DNA from: Nitrososphaera viennensis EN76 | Lineage (GTDB): Archaea > Thermoproteota > Nitrososphaeria > Nitrososphaerales > Nitrososphaeraceae | Direction: 5' to 3' | Assembly: GCF_000698785.1 (NCBI RefSeq) | Contig: NZ_CP007536.1 | Location: 150,001 to 182,000 of the forward strand | Length of the DNA stretch: 32,000 nt | Shown here: piece after piece, positions 1 to 8,411 of the stretch | How the letters are laid out: each line of letters opens with the position of its first letter | How positions within the stretch are numbered: the stretch's first letter is position 1 | Position numbers and translations under genes: made by a program | Notes under the pieces: model-generated | What the model saw: only the letters and a program-made list of their open reading frames with translations | Database searches by the model: none | What the model was told of the DNA's origin: nothing

Positions 1-70
1 TAGTAGCAGAAGCAGCCGTAGCACTAGAGATAAGTTATTTTACTTGCTTCTGTAAATAGCGTCACCAGAA

Positions 71-1978
71 TTGCGGCGGGACGGCCTTTCGATTCCCTTT
101 GCGGCACTTGCCGTGGCAGTCGCAATAACCATTTTTGCATGGTACACTGTGACAGTCTTTGTCAACGACCTGGAACAGGCCCGTTTTGACGACGAGGTCC
201 TTGCAACCGTGTTTTCGATAAACAACCGCATGCAGGAGTACGAGCAGGTGCTCTTTGGCGGAAAGGGCCTCTTTGCCTCATCGCAGCAGGTGGAAAGGGC
301 AGAGTGGAAGGCTTTTGTGGACAACCAGATGATCCCGCACAGGTTCCCCGGAGTGCAGGGCATTGGCTTTATCGAGCGCGTCCCTGCAGGCGAGCTTGCA
401 TCGCACGTTGCGAGCATGCGCAGCGAAGGATTTGCAGATTATGCCGTGCAGCCGGAAAGCCAAAAACAAGAGTATTATCCTGTCGTGTTTATCGAGCCGT
501 TTGACGCAAGAAACCGGCAGGCGCTCGGCTTTGACGTGTCGTCCGAGCAGGTTAGAAACGCGGCAATATCCAGGGCGCTGGAAAGCGGCCAGACGACGAT
601 AACGGGCAAGATAACCCTGATAACAGAAACCGAGGCCGACATGCAGAGAGGGTTTCTGATGCTGGTCCCCGTGTACGAAAACGGCATGCCTGCCGGCACG
701 CCGGACGAGCGCCGCGAAAGCATCAGGGGCTTTGTCTATGCGCCGTTTCGCATGAATGACCTCATGAACGGCATAATGAGCCTGACTGCCCGCGACATCA
801 CGTTTTCCGTATACGATGGCCAGCCTGCGAGCGAAAGCCTGATGTTTGACCTTGCCGCAGTCACCGGGACCAAAGAGGGCGAGATTGACGGGTCGCTTGA
901 AAAAACCGTCATAATGGACATAGGGGGCAGGCAGTGGACGCTAGAGTTTGCCGCGCTCGACTCCATACACTCTGGATTCAACCTCTTTATACCGTACGTC
1001 GTGCTTGCTGTCGGCTTTGCGCTCAGCGGCGTGCTGTTTTACGTGATGTACTCTGCCAGCAGGCTGCGCGAAGAGACGGCTGAGCTTGCCTGGGCCGCAG
1101 AAGAGATAGCAAGGGGCAATCTTGACGTCCGGCTCGACGCCGGGCTCCTTGGGTCGCAGGACCGGGTGGGCAGCCTTGCGCGCGTCTTTGACGAGATGCG
1201 AAAAAGCGTCAAGGCCGGCACGGACGACCTGAAAAAGATGAACGAAGACCTGGTACGCATCGACAAGATGAAGGAGGAGTTTTCGTCGATGGTGAGCCAC
1301 GAGCTAAAGTCGCCGCTTACTCCGATAAAGTTTGGCGCAGACGCGCTCTTGGACCCTGAAAGCGCCGGCAACCTGACAGAGGATCAGAAGGGGTACGCAA
1401 GGATGGTCATGCGCAACGCGACCAAGATGGAGAACCTGATAAACGACCTGATGGACTCGTACAAGCTTGACATAGACAAGCTGACCTTTGTCATGACCGA
1501 AAACGACATCGGGCAGATGGTCTCCCAGTGCGTTGCAGACCTTGCGCCCTATGCCAAGGACAAGGCGATAAAGCTGGAGGCCGACGTAAAGGCGTCCGGC
1601 ACAATACTATGCGACAGAAAGCGAATCGACCAGGTGATCGCAAACCTCGTGAAAAACTCTGTCGATTTCGTGCCGGAAAGCGGGGGCAGGATAACGGTCA
1701 GGGCACAGGACGCTGGAAACAAGGAAGATGAAGTGGTGTTTTCCGTGGAGGACAACGGGATAGGCATCCCTGCCGACAAGGTGGACAAGTTGTTTGAAAA
1801 GTTCTACCAGATAGACACGTCTGCAAAAAGAAAGTTTGGCGGAAGCGGCCTTGGCCTGCCGATTTCAAAGGGCATAGTGGAGGCGCACGGGGGCAGGATC
1901 TGGGCGGACAGGGAATACAAAGGCGGGGCGGCCATCCGCTTTGCGCTGCCAAGAAAAAGAAGCCTCCAGAAGCCCTGA
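71..1978 (+). CDS. Membrane sensor histidine kinase: extracytoplasmic CHASE domain, TM, HAMP-like linker, HisKA, HATPase_c
   Basis: 635-aa ORF. N-terminal TM (FAALAVAVAITIFAWYTV). CHASE-like block (YYPVVFIEPFDARNRQALGFDVSSE...RGFLMLVPVY). Second TM (FNLFIPYVVLAVGFALSGVLFYV). H-box FSSMVSHELKSPLTPI. ATPase boxes NLVKNSVDF, EDNGIGIP, GGSGLGLPISKGIV. The TTG start at 71 is provisional. Confidence 0.9.
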   Translation: MRRDGLSIPFAALAVAVAITIFAWYTVTVFVNDLEQARFDDEVLATVFSINNRMQEYEQVLFGGKGLFASSQQVERAEWKAFVDNQMIPHRFPGVQGIGFIERVPAGELASHVASMRSEGFADYAVQPESQKQEYYPVVFIEPFDARNRQALGFDVSSEQVRNAAISRALESGQTTITGKITLITETEADMQRGFLMLVPVYENGMPAGTPDERRESIRGFVYAPFRMNDLMNGIMSLTARDITFSVYDGQPASESLMFDLAAVTGTKEGEIDGSLEKTVIMDIGGRQWTLEFAALDSIHSGFNLFIPYVVLAVGFALSGVLFYVMYSASRLREETAELAWAAEEIARGNLDVRLDAGLLGSQDRVGSLARVFDEMRKSVKAGTDDLKKMNEDLVRIDKMKEEFSSMVSHELKSPLTPIKFGADALLDPESAGNLTEDQKGYARMVMRNATKMENLINDLMDSYKLDIDKLTFVMTENDIGQMVSQCVADLAPYAKDKAIKLEADVKASGTILCDRKRIDQVIANLVKNSVDFVPESGGRITVRAQDAGNKEDEVVFSVEDNGIGIPADKVDKLFEKFYQIDTSAKRKFGGSGLGLPISKGIVEAHGGRIWADREYKGGAAIRFALPRKRSLQKP

Positions 1979-2081
1979 CAATAAGGCATTTAAGCCGGCC
2001 GGATCAGTCTTTTCGCCAGTGCACAAGAACAACGTCAGACGACGAGGAAAGCTTGAAAGCAACCTTGCCGAGACAGTGCGC

Positions 2082-2468
2082 ATGGCGTCAATCGTGCAAA
2101 AGGGTGTAGAAAGCGGCCGGTCCAGCTACGTCGAGATGAGGGCGCTTGCCCGGCTGACGGGCCAGAACGTCAGGGCAAAAGTGCACAAGATCCAGGCCAG
2201 CCTGAAAAAGGACGACAACGACAGCGGCAGCAGCCTCAAGGCCCTGCTAAAGACCCTTGCAACTGACATGTCGGAAGGCTATGCCGACGTGCTGACGCCA
2301 AACGGCATAATCAGGGACGACAAGCTCGACGCGCTTTTGTCGCTTGACTCTGACATTGTCACGTGCCTAAAGATTATTGCAGCAAAGGACAGTCCAAAGG
2401 AAGCAGAAGATGTCCTGAAAGGGCTTGTGGAAGAAAGGAAAAAGTTTGTGGCCGCCCTCAGAGCTTGA
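2082..2468 (+). CDS. Hypothetical protein (128 aa)
   Basis: ATG at 2082 inside the 1941..2468 ORF. The 47 upstream codons overlap the kinase 3' end and look non-coding. No recognisable motif. Its 3' end overlaps the convergent tfb stop by 11 nt. Confidence 0.5.
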   Translation: MASIVQKGVESGRSSYVEMRALARLTGQNVRAKVHKIQASLKKDDNDSGSSLKALLKTLATDMSEGYADVLTPNGIIRDDKLDALLSLDSDIVTCLKIIAAKDSPKEAEDVLKGLVEERKKFVAALRA

Positions 2469-3372
2469 GGTGCGTCTTTAGGCCCTTGTAGCGGTTGCGG
2501 ATGGTCACTTCTGTCACGCCTGCCGCCTCTGCCACGTCTTTTTGCGTCTTGTTCTCTCCGTTCATGACGCACGCCACGTACAGCGCGGCCGCTGCGAGGC
2601 CCATCGGGTCCTTGCCGGCAGAGATCTTGCCTTCCTCCGCCTTTTTCAGGATTTCAAGGGCCTTCCTCTTTGTCTTTTCTGAAAGGCCTGCCTTGCTTGC
2701 AATCCTTGCGACACATTTCACCGGGTCTACGACCGGCATCTTCAGGTCCAGCTCGCGGATAAGGAGGCGGTAGCACCTTGCGACATCCTTTTTCTTGATG
2801 TTGCTTGCGTTTGCGATGTCCTTGAGCGTCCTTGGAGTCTCGGTGTCGCGGCATGCCGCATAAAGCGCCGCTGCGACAAGCGCAGAGATGGAGCGCCCGC
2901 GCACCAGCCCTTTTTCAAGCGCCTTTCTGTAGACGTAGGCGGCCTTTTCAATCACCGCGTCGCCCACTGCAAGCTTGTCCTTGAGCCTGTCAAGCTCTGA
3001 GAACGCCTGGCGGAAGTTGCGGTCCACCGGCTCGTGCACCTGGCTCCTGCTGTCCCACGTCCTGAGCCTCTCGATCGTGCTCTTCATGGATGCGGAAAGC
3101 GGCTTGCCCGAGGCGTCCTTGTCGACGGGGCCGATGATTGTTGCAAGGCCCATGTCGTGCATGGCAAGAGACGTCGGGATGCCTGCTCTGCTCCTGTCCT
3201 CGTGCTCTTCCTTTGAGAAGGCGCGCCACTCGGGGCCCATCTCCTCTATCCTTTCGCTTACCACGAAACCGCAGTTACCGCAAAACAGTTCTCCGCTAGA
3301 GTTGTCTGTAACCATCGACCCTCTGCCGCAACGGGGGCAGCGGTCGCCAAACATAGAGATGTCTTTTACCAA
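2458..3372 (-). CDS. tfb: Transcription initiation factor IIB (TFB)
   Basis: 304-aa ORF. N-terminal Zn-ribbon CPRCG...CGNCG, followed by two cyclin-like repeats (ALVAAALYAACR..., GLAAAALYVACV...) and the C-terminal motif VTEVTIRNRYK. Start is TTG at 3372; ATG at 3354 is an alternative. A/T-rich TATA-like stretch at 3413-3446 lies upstream on the minus strand. Confidence 0.95.
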   Translation of the reverse strand: MVKDISMFGDRCPRCGRGSMVTDNSSGELFCGNCGFVVSERIEEMGPEWRAFSKEEHEDRSRAGIPTSLAMHDMGLATIIGPVDKDASGKPLSASMKSTIERLRTWDSRSQVHEPVDRNFRQAFSELDRLKDKLAVGDAVIEKAAYVYRKALEKGLVRGRSISALVAAALYAACRDTETPRTLKDIANASNIKKKDVARCYRLLIRELDLKMPVVDPVKCVARIASKAGLSEKTKRKALEILKKAEEGKISAGKDPMGLAAAALYVACVMNGENKTQKDVAEAAGVTEVTIRNRYKGLKTHLKL

Positions 3373-3610
3373 TTTCTATTCACCAAAACTCTTTTTTTGT
3401 TTCCCTTTTACGGCCTATATTTATATTTTATTCTAATATATAAACATTCTGGGGTCGCGGGGCTTTGTGCAAAAAGTCAGAAGTTGAGCGTGGGAATCTT
3501 GAACTTATGATACTGATTGAGCGTGGCTAAGTCACTTTTTAAACAAAGCCGGGGTCGCGGATACCGCGACAACACACACGCAAAAGCGCCCGCCCAGCTT
3601 GCATGTTGCA

Positions 3611-3660
3611 AGAAAAGCCGCGTACAGGCGCAAAGGTTGCAAATTGTGGAAACCTTGCGC
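3611..3660 (-). terminator. Hairpin plus T-tract directly downstream of the 34-aa basic-protein gene
   Basis: Arms gcgcaaaggtt (3628-3638) and aaccttgcgc (3651-3660) are complementary apart from one bulged A. The hairpin begins 6 nt after the stop codon. On the minus strand it is followed by cttttct (plus 3611-3617). Confidence 0.3.
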
Positions 3661-3666
3661 GCATGC

Positions 3667-3771
3667 TTACCTTGGCTTGTGGCGCTTGCGCCTTTCTGCC
3701 TTGGCATATTTCTTGCTGCCAGACCTCTGGGCGCTGTAGGCGTGCGTCTTGTTGTTCTCGCGTCTTGCCAT
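3667..3771 (-). CDS. Very small, highly basic protein (34 aa, MARRENNKTHAYSAQRSGSKKYAKAERRKRHKPR); possibly ribosome- or nucleic-acid-associated
   Basis: ATG at 3771 inside the 3667..3864 ORF. A TATA box (minus-strand aatatata, plus 3795-3802) is centred about 27 nt upstream of the ATG, which is leaderless spacing. Lys/Arg-rich composition. Family not recognised. Confidence 0.5.
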   Translation of the reverse strand: MARRENNKTHAYSAQRSGSKKYAKAERRKRHKPR

Positions 3772-3794
3772 GCCTGCACTTGCAATTGACGCGC

Positions 3795-3802
3795 TATATA
3801 TT
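3795..3802 (-). promoter_or_regulatory. TATA box (tatatatt / aatatata) in the divergent spacer between 3771 and 3859
   Basis: Near-palindromic TATATA core about 27 nt upstream of the minus-strand ATG at 3771. It could also serve the plus-strand gene at 3859. Confidence 0.45.
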
Positions 3803-3858
3803 CTATCTATCATCGTCTCCAGCAAAAACATAAATGGAATGATGCACGACGGAAAGCC

Positions 3859-4191
3859 ATGCAAGGCAACCGCGTTCCAAGGTGGCTTGTCGAAAGCGAC
3901 CCGTCGTGGGAAAAATCAATCGACTCTGATCTGGGCATGCTAAAGTGGACCAAAAAGGGCACCAACATCCAGGCAGTGTGCCCGCCGACAGGCATGTTCT
4001 GCGACATACTGGGTCAGGATAACAACGGCGTACAGGGCGGCCTTGCAGACCTAAGGGCAGGCATCGAGCGCATGAACAGGCAGCAGGCAAGCCCCGCCCA
4101 GGACATTTCAAAATACTTGTCCAGCCGCTACCTCAACCCGGGAATAAACGGGCCGGCGCGCTTTGACCTGAGAAGGACGCGCAAGTTCTAA
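3859..4191 (+). CDS. Hypothetical protein (110 aa; alternative ATG at 3937 gives 84 aa)
   Basis: This is the only long ORF in the interval and its composition looks coding. No motif recognised. Confidence 0.45.
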   Translation: MQGNRVPRWLVESDPSWEKSIDSDLGMLKWTKKGTNIQAVCPPTGMFCDILGQDNNGVQGGLADLRAGIERMNRQQASPAQDISKYLSSRYLNPGINGPARFDLRRTRKF

Positions 4192-4213
4192 CTTTTTATA
4201 CCCTGCGCACAGT

Positions 4214-4912
4214 GTGCATGTCTGTTTGTCGTCACTGCTGCAGGATGCAATACAAAAGCTGGCCAAGGACGCGGTGGGCAGGTTTGTCAGGCCAAATCAG
4301 GTGGTGGGCCTTGGCAGCGGGAGCACTGCTGCCTACATTGTCCGGGAGATGGCGGGCCTGAAAGCCAAGAACACGCTCCTCTGCGTCCCGACGTCATTGC
4401 AGATAAAGGTCGAGGCAGAGAAATCCGGCCTGCGCTTTGCAGACGAAGGCCGCATACCGGACATCGACATTGTGTTTGACGGAGCCGACCAGATCGACGG
4501 CAGGTTCAACATGATAAAGGGCGGGGGCGGCGCGCTCTTGCGCGAAAAGATCCTGATATCCTCTGCCAAGACAGTCGTCATTGTGGCCGACGAAGCCAAG
4601 TTTGTCAAGTCGTTTTCAAGGTCCGTGCCGATAGAGGTCCACCCGATGGCCCGGACGTCGGCTGCAAAAAAGCTTGAGGAGGTGGGAGGCAGGCCGGCCA
4701 TGCGCACCCTTGACAAGGGCTACCCGTTTGTCACGGAGAACGGCAACATAATACTGGATACTGTATTTTCGTCGATCCCGGACCCGGAAAAGGCCGAGCT
4801 GGAACTGAAAGGGATCGCCGGCGTGATGGAAGTGGGGCTGTTCACGAGAAAGTCTGATGTCTACTACTACAGGGCAAAGAGCGACGGCACGTTTGAGATG
4901 GTCAATCCCTGA
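4214..4912 (+). CDS. rpiA: Ribose-5-phosphate isomerase A
   Basis: Motifs VVGLGSGSTAAYIV, FDGADQID and KGGGGALLREKI, with a typical length of 232 aa. GTG start at 4214; TTG at 4226 is possible. Confidence 0.9.
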   Translation: MHVCLSSLLQDAIQKLAKDAVGRFVRPNQVVGLGSGSTAAYIVREMAGLKAKNTLLCVPTSLQIKVEAEKSGLRFADEGRIPDIDIVFDGADQIDGRFNMIKGGGGALLREKILISSAKTVVIVADEAKFVKSFSRSVPIEVHPMARTSAAKKLEEVGGRPAMRTLDKGYPFVTENGNIILDTVFSSIPDPEKAELELKGIAGVMEVGLFTRKSDVYYYRAKSDGTFEMVNP

Positions 4913-4942
4913 TGAAGCATAATCAGTAAGGTACGTGCATCA

Positions 4943-4952
4943 TCTTTTTATC
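4943..4952 (+). promoter_or_regulatory. TATA-like box upstream of mscL
   Basis: ctttttatcc is centred about 28 nt upstream of the ATG at 4976. Confidence 0.35.
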
Positions 4953-4975
4953 CTGCCCTGCCGGAGCTTTGCCTT

Positions 4976-5365
4976 ATGTCGGGCAGTAGCAGTGGCGGCA
5001 GCACCGCCCCTCCGCCAGAGAAAAAAACCCTGATGACGGAGTTTATCGACTTTCTAAAGACCTTCGGGGTGATAGGGCTTGCCATCGCGTTTGTAATCGG
5101 CGCTGCCGCGTCAAAGCTCGTGACTGCGTTTGTAAACGACATAATAACCCCGATAGTCGGGCTTGCGCTTCCGTCCGGCGACCTGAGGACACTGGCTTAC
5201 AACGTTACAAATACTGCTACTGGGGCGACGTCGAAATTCTCGTACGGAGACCTGATAGCAAACATCATAGACTTTCTCATCATTGCCTTCATAGTCTTTT
5301 TGATGTACAAGCTCCTCTCCCGGTACAAGGTGCTCGGGGTAGAGGACAAGACGAAAAAGACCTAA
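4976..5365 (+). CDS. mscL: Large-conductance mechanosensitive channel MscL
   Basis: TM1 motif GVIGLAIAFVIGAAASKLVTAFVNDIITPIVG. TM2 is IIDFLIIAFIVFLMYKLL. 129 aa. Confidence 0.9.
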   Translation: MSGSSSGGSTAPPPEKKTLMTEFIDFLKTFGVIGLAIAFVIGAAASKLVTAFVNDIITPIVGLALPSGDLRTLAYNVTNTATGATSKFSYGDLIANIIDFLIIAFIVFLMYKLLSRYKVLGVEDKTKKT

Positions 5366-6768
5366 GAGGGGAGCCTTGCAACAAACTGGCCGTGGCCGAG
5401 GGCGTCCTGCGCCACCTGGCCTGCTTCCATCACCACTCTTCCGCGCACCATCGTGAGCACCGGCCACCCCTTCAATCTCCAGCCGTCGTAGATGGTATAG
5501 TCAGAGTATGACTGCAACAGCTCTGGCGTCACCTTTTGCTCAAGGTCCATGTCGACCATCACTATGTCGGCGTCAGAGCCCTGCTGTATCGTGCCCTTTC
5601 TCGGGTACATGCCAAATATCCTTGCGGCGTTGTAACTCGTTATTTCTGCCACCCTTTCGATGCCTATCCTGTCGCCGTTGACGCCCCGGTCAAGGAGCAC
5701 GGGGAGCATGGTGGCAATGCCTGGAAAGCCGGCAAGAGCCGACCACAGGTCGCCGTTTCCCATCTTTATGTCAAGCCTGTTTGCCACGTGGTCCGTGCCC
5801 ACGGTGTCGATTATGCCGTTTCGAAGCGCCGACCAGACGCTCTGCACGTCGCTCTTTGAGCGTATGGGGGGCACCACCTTTCCTGTCATGCTTGCAAAGT
5901 CATAGGTGTGGGTGAGGTACTGCGGGCAGGTCTCGATGTAATAGTTGGCGTTTCCCTTTTGCCTCTCTGCAAGTATCGCGTCAAGCGCAGCGTTTGAGCC
6001 AATGTGCACAAAGTAGAGGTTTGCGCCAAACTTCCTGCCAAGGGCTGACACCTTGGCGACGCTTTCTGCCTCTGACTGCGCCGGCCTGCAGTCCGACCAC
6101 GCCTTCAAGCCCGTCATGCCCTTTTCCTTTCCGCGACGGATGTGCTCTGCGCACACTGCGGGGTTTTCCGCGTGCACGAGGATTGTCGAGTGCTCTTTTG
6201 CGCCGCCCTCGACTATGGCGGACAGGAGCGAGTCGTCCATGTTTACCTCGCCGTCCTTGACCCCGTGCTCGCCGGGCTCCAGGTCCATGTATATGTGGTT
6301 GAGGTCCGCCCCTAGGTTCATGTATATTTTCAGCGAATTGATGCCCTTTTTCTTCAGGTAGGGTATGTCCTTGACCTGCTCCTTTCTCAATATCGACGCG
6401 TGGATCGCATAGTCGATGCAGTGCGCGCCCCTGCTTGCCGCAAGCTGCCTTTCGACTGCGCGGTAGTCGCTGTCGTAGAGGCGCAGCATGCGCATCATGG
6501 TCGTGACGCCGCCGACTGCCGCCGAGCGCGACTCTGTACGCGCCGCTTCGTCAATCGGGGTGTAGACGCCATAGTGGACGTGCGGGTCTATTGCGCCTGG
6601 CAAAACATACTTGCCGGCCGCGTTTATCTTTCTCGATGCGCTTGCGTTCTGCGACGGCTTTAGCGTCTTTATCCTGCCGTCTTCAATGGCGATGTCGCAC
6701 TCGACGACTCCGACCTTGGGTATGACGGCCGACGCGTTTGTGACGAGTATGTCGCAAGAGTTTTCCAT
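5362..6768 (-). CDS. Cyclic amidohydrolase, D-hydantoinase/dihydropyrimidinase-like (metal-dependent amidohydrolase superfamily)
   Basis: 468 aa. Metal-ligand motif GAIDPHVHYG. Candidate carboxylated-Lys context SLKIYMNL. Also VHAENP, FVHIGS and GTDH. Its stop overlaps the mscL stop by 4 nt (convergent). The substrate cannot be assigned from sequence. Confidence 0.85.
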   Translation of the reverse strand: MENSCDILVTNASAVIPKVGVVECDIAIEDGRIKTLKPSQNASASRKINAAGKYVLPGAIDPHVHYGVYTPIDEAARTESRSAAVGGVTTMMRMLRLYDSDYRAVERQLAASRGAHCIDYAIHASILRKEQVKDIPYLKKKGINSLKIYMNLGADLNHIYMDLEPGEHGVKDGEVNMDDSLLSAIVEGGAKEHSTILVHAENPAVCAEHIRRGKEKGMTGLKAWSDCRPAQSEAESVAKVSALGRKFGANLYFVHIGSNAALDAILAERQKGNANYYIETCPQYLTHTYDFASMTGKVVPPIRSKSDVQSVWSALRNGIIDTVGTDHVANRLDIKMGNGDLWSALAGFPGIATMLPVLLDRGVNGDRIGIERVAEITSYNAARIFGMYPRKGTIQQGSDADIVMVDMDLEQKVTPELLQSYSDYTIYDGWRLKGWPVLTMVRGRVVMEAGQVAQDALGHGQFVARLPS

Positions 6769-6843
6769 TCCCGGTGCTCTCTGTGTCCGCTGACACCTGC
6801 GTGCACGTGCTCTTATGACTTTATCGTTCTTTTTACACTGATG

Positions 6844-6852
6844 TTTTATATT
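6844..6852 (+). promoter_or_regulatory. TATA box of tRNA-Ala
   Basis: ttttatatt is centred about 30 nt upstream of the tRNA 5' end. Confidence 0.45.
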
Positions 6853-6877
6853 CGGGCTGTTGTTGCATGTGGCTTGC

Positions 6878-6950
6878 GGGCTGGTAGTTCAGGGGTAGTA
6901 ATGCTCGCTTCGCAAGCGAGAGGTCGCGGGTTCAAATCCCGCCCAGTCCA
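6878..6950 (+). tRNA. tRNA-Ala (anticodon CGC), 73 nt, no intron, CCA not encoded
   Basis: Manual cloverleaf. Acceptor gggctgg/ccagtcc includes the Ala identity pair G3:U70. Anticodon stem ctcgc/gcgag with loop ttCGCaa. 5-nt variable loop. T arm gcggg-ttcaaat-cccgc. Discriminator A. The D stem is weak (3 bp). Confidence 0.9.
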
Positions 6951-6953
6951 TTA

Positions 6954-7004
6954 CTTACGCGGACTCGACTACTGACGCAATTTTACGTAGGGGGTCCGCG
7001 TAAG
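6954..7004 (+). repeat. 11-bp perfect inverted repeat (hairpin) abutting the tRNA 3' end
   Basis: cttacgcggac (6954-6964) and gtccgcgtaag (6994-7004) are exact reverse complements with a 29-nt loop. Confidence 0.8.
6956..6973 (+). repeat. Left terminal inverted repeat of the 6951-8421 segment
   Basis: tacgcggactcgactact compared with the reverse complement of 8394-8411 (tacgcggactcaaccact). 16/18 identical, with an 11-nt exact core. Confidence 0.6.
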
Positions 7005-7363
7005 ATGCCAACCAAGCTGTCAACCATCGTAGAAAAGTGCATAGAAGCGATTCGCAACAAGATCCTTTCTGGCTGCCAAAGCAAGGCATATTCGGGTGTT
7101 TAAAGTCGGAATATGAAGAAAAACACCCGCGCCCGATAATGGCACAGCACGAGCGCGGGATGTAATGACTCTTGGCCGTGGCTTACAACTTCGGGTGATC
7201 AGGGAAGCAGATTTTGTCTATTCCTCGGGGATTCTCACCCCATTATCAGACGACTTTGCTTAGCCTGACCCCGTCGTTAATGATGCTAGAAGCTTTGTAC
7301 TATATCAGAGAGGAGAACATCTTTAGGGAATTAAACGAGTATTTGCCTCATTAAACTGGTAGC

Positions 7364-7597
7364 TTGAAGAAGTGCAAAGTTAAGAATCTTGTAGAGGCTA
7401 ATTACGGTGATTCAGACATGTCCACCTGCGAAAAATGCACCTGCAAGACTGCTACGAGCTTGATGGAATATGAGGAAGGCGGCAAGAGGGCTTTTCGATA
7501 TAGCGGCAAGCTGTTTTGCCAGGAATGCTATCTCGAGATACTGCGAACCAACGAACCAAGGCAGGCAGAGATGCTGCTGTTACAACTGTCAAGCTAA
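7364..7597 (+). CDS. Small Zn-ribbon-like protein (77 aa from TTG 7364; 59 aa from ATG 7418)
   Basis: Cys pairs CEKCTC ... CQEC. Lies inside the tRNA-linked element. Confidence 0.4.
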   Translation: MKKCKVKNLVEANYGDSDMSTCEKCTCKTATSLMEYEEGGKRAFRYSGKLFCQECYLEILRTNEPRQAEMLLLQLSS

Positions 7598-7609
7598 AGA
7601 ATCAAGGGG

Positions 7610-7840
7610 ATGACGCGCGTCATACCCTCATTTTCCAGTATGACGCTGAAAACAGTAAGGGCAGGCATACGTCTGGACAGGGAAGGCATTGACTTTTTGA
7701 GAGGTCGACGTCTTTGGCAATACATCAGAAGGCGCAAGGTGGTGCATCAAATTTTGCAGACTCTGTGGCATTCAGGCCATCAAGAAGATAAAATCAAAAG
7801 TCTAAACCATCGAACCCTTTGCGAGCAACTTGGAGCATAG
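7610..7840 (+). CDS. Hypothetical basic protein (76 aa)
   Basis: ORF only. No motif. Lies within the element. Confidence 0.3.
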   Translation: MTRVIPSFSSMTLKTVRAGIRLDREGIDFLRGRRLWQYIRRRKVVHQILQTLWHSGHQEDKIKSLNHRTLCEQLGA

Positions 7841-7867
7841 ACTAAAGAAGCAGGCCTCATACTGCTT

Positions 7868-8002
7868 CTAAAGATGCACATCTCCATGATGTTTGGCCTT
7901 GTTCTTGTGCCTTTCAAGTGACTCTTTGGTGGTAAATGTCATTTTGCATATCTTGCATCTGAAGCCTTGTGAATCCTTCGCGCGATTAAACGGATTTTTC
8001 AT
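7868..8002 (-). CDS. 44-aa single C2H2 zinc-finger protein (not in the ORF track)
   Basis: Hand translation: MKNPFNRAKDSQGFRCKICKMTFTTKESLERHKNKAKHHGDVHL. It fits F-x-C-x2-C-x3-F-x5-L-x2-H-x5-H exactly. Confidence 0.55.
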   Translation of the reverse strand: MKNPFNRAKDSQGFRCKICKMTFTTKESLERHKNKAKHHGDVHL

Positions 8003-8092
8003 GATCAGGAGTGCTGATTGGCAGTGGTTATAAAAGATCACTTAACCATGTTAAGTCAGGCGCCCAGTGGCTATATCTCACACTCAATCAAG

Positions 8093-8293
8093 TTAATCTT
8101 TCGTCTCTCTTGACACCTTTACTACTTTACAATACGATAGAAATCCTTTCTACGTCCACATCCATTCTGGCGAGTCACCGGGCTGTAGGCGCGGGGCATG
8201 AACAATTTCCATAGGAATAGAGGCTGAAAGGGTGTTTCCATCTGGCCTGTCCCGCACCTTGGACCTCGGAGAAAGATACTTTGGCTTAGTCAT
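8093..8293 (-). pseudogene. AbrB/SpoVT-like (swapped-hairpin) small DNA-binding ORF interrupted by an in-frame TAG at 8150-8152
   Basis: Hand translation: MTKPKYLSPRSKVRDRPDGNTLSASIPMEIVHAPRLQPGDSPEWMWT*KGFLSYCKVVKVSRETKD*. The segment SASIPMEIV...LQPGDSPEW resembles the AbrB/MazE/VapB core (v-t-I-P-k-e-i-r...l-k-p-G-D-k-v-e). It could instead be an intact 47-aa product. Confidence 0.35.
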
Positions 8294-8393
8294 GTAATAC
8301 ACTGTAAAATTGAAAACAACGTTATGTATTACACAGAAGTATCACATTGCGGTCAAAAATGACTCCAACAACACTTCAATGTCAAATAAAAGA

Positions 8394-8411
8394 AGTGGTT
8401 GAGTCCGCGTA
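8394..8411 (-). repeat. Right terminal inverted repeat of the 6951-8421 segment
   Basis: agtggttgagtccgcgta is the reverse complement of tacgcggactcaaccact. It pairs with 6956-6973. Confidence 0.6.

Noticed and set aside
3440-3666. SRP RNA, RNase P RNA or 5S rRNA in the tfb-proximal spacer
   Set aside because: I could not find the conserved cores, for example the RNase P GAGGAAAGUCC-type motif or an SRP helix-8-like motif. Only local repeats and hairpins are present.
8150-8152. In-frame TAG of the AbrB-like ORF as a recoded (pyrrolysine or read-through) codon
   Set aside because: There is no evidence of Pyl machinery in the window, and it is not expected in this lineage. A nonsense mutation or a genuinely short 47-aa product is simpler.
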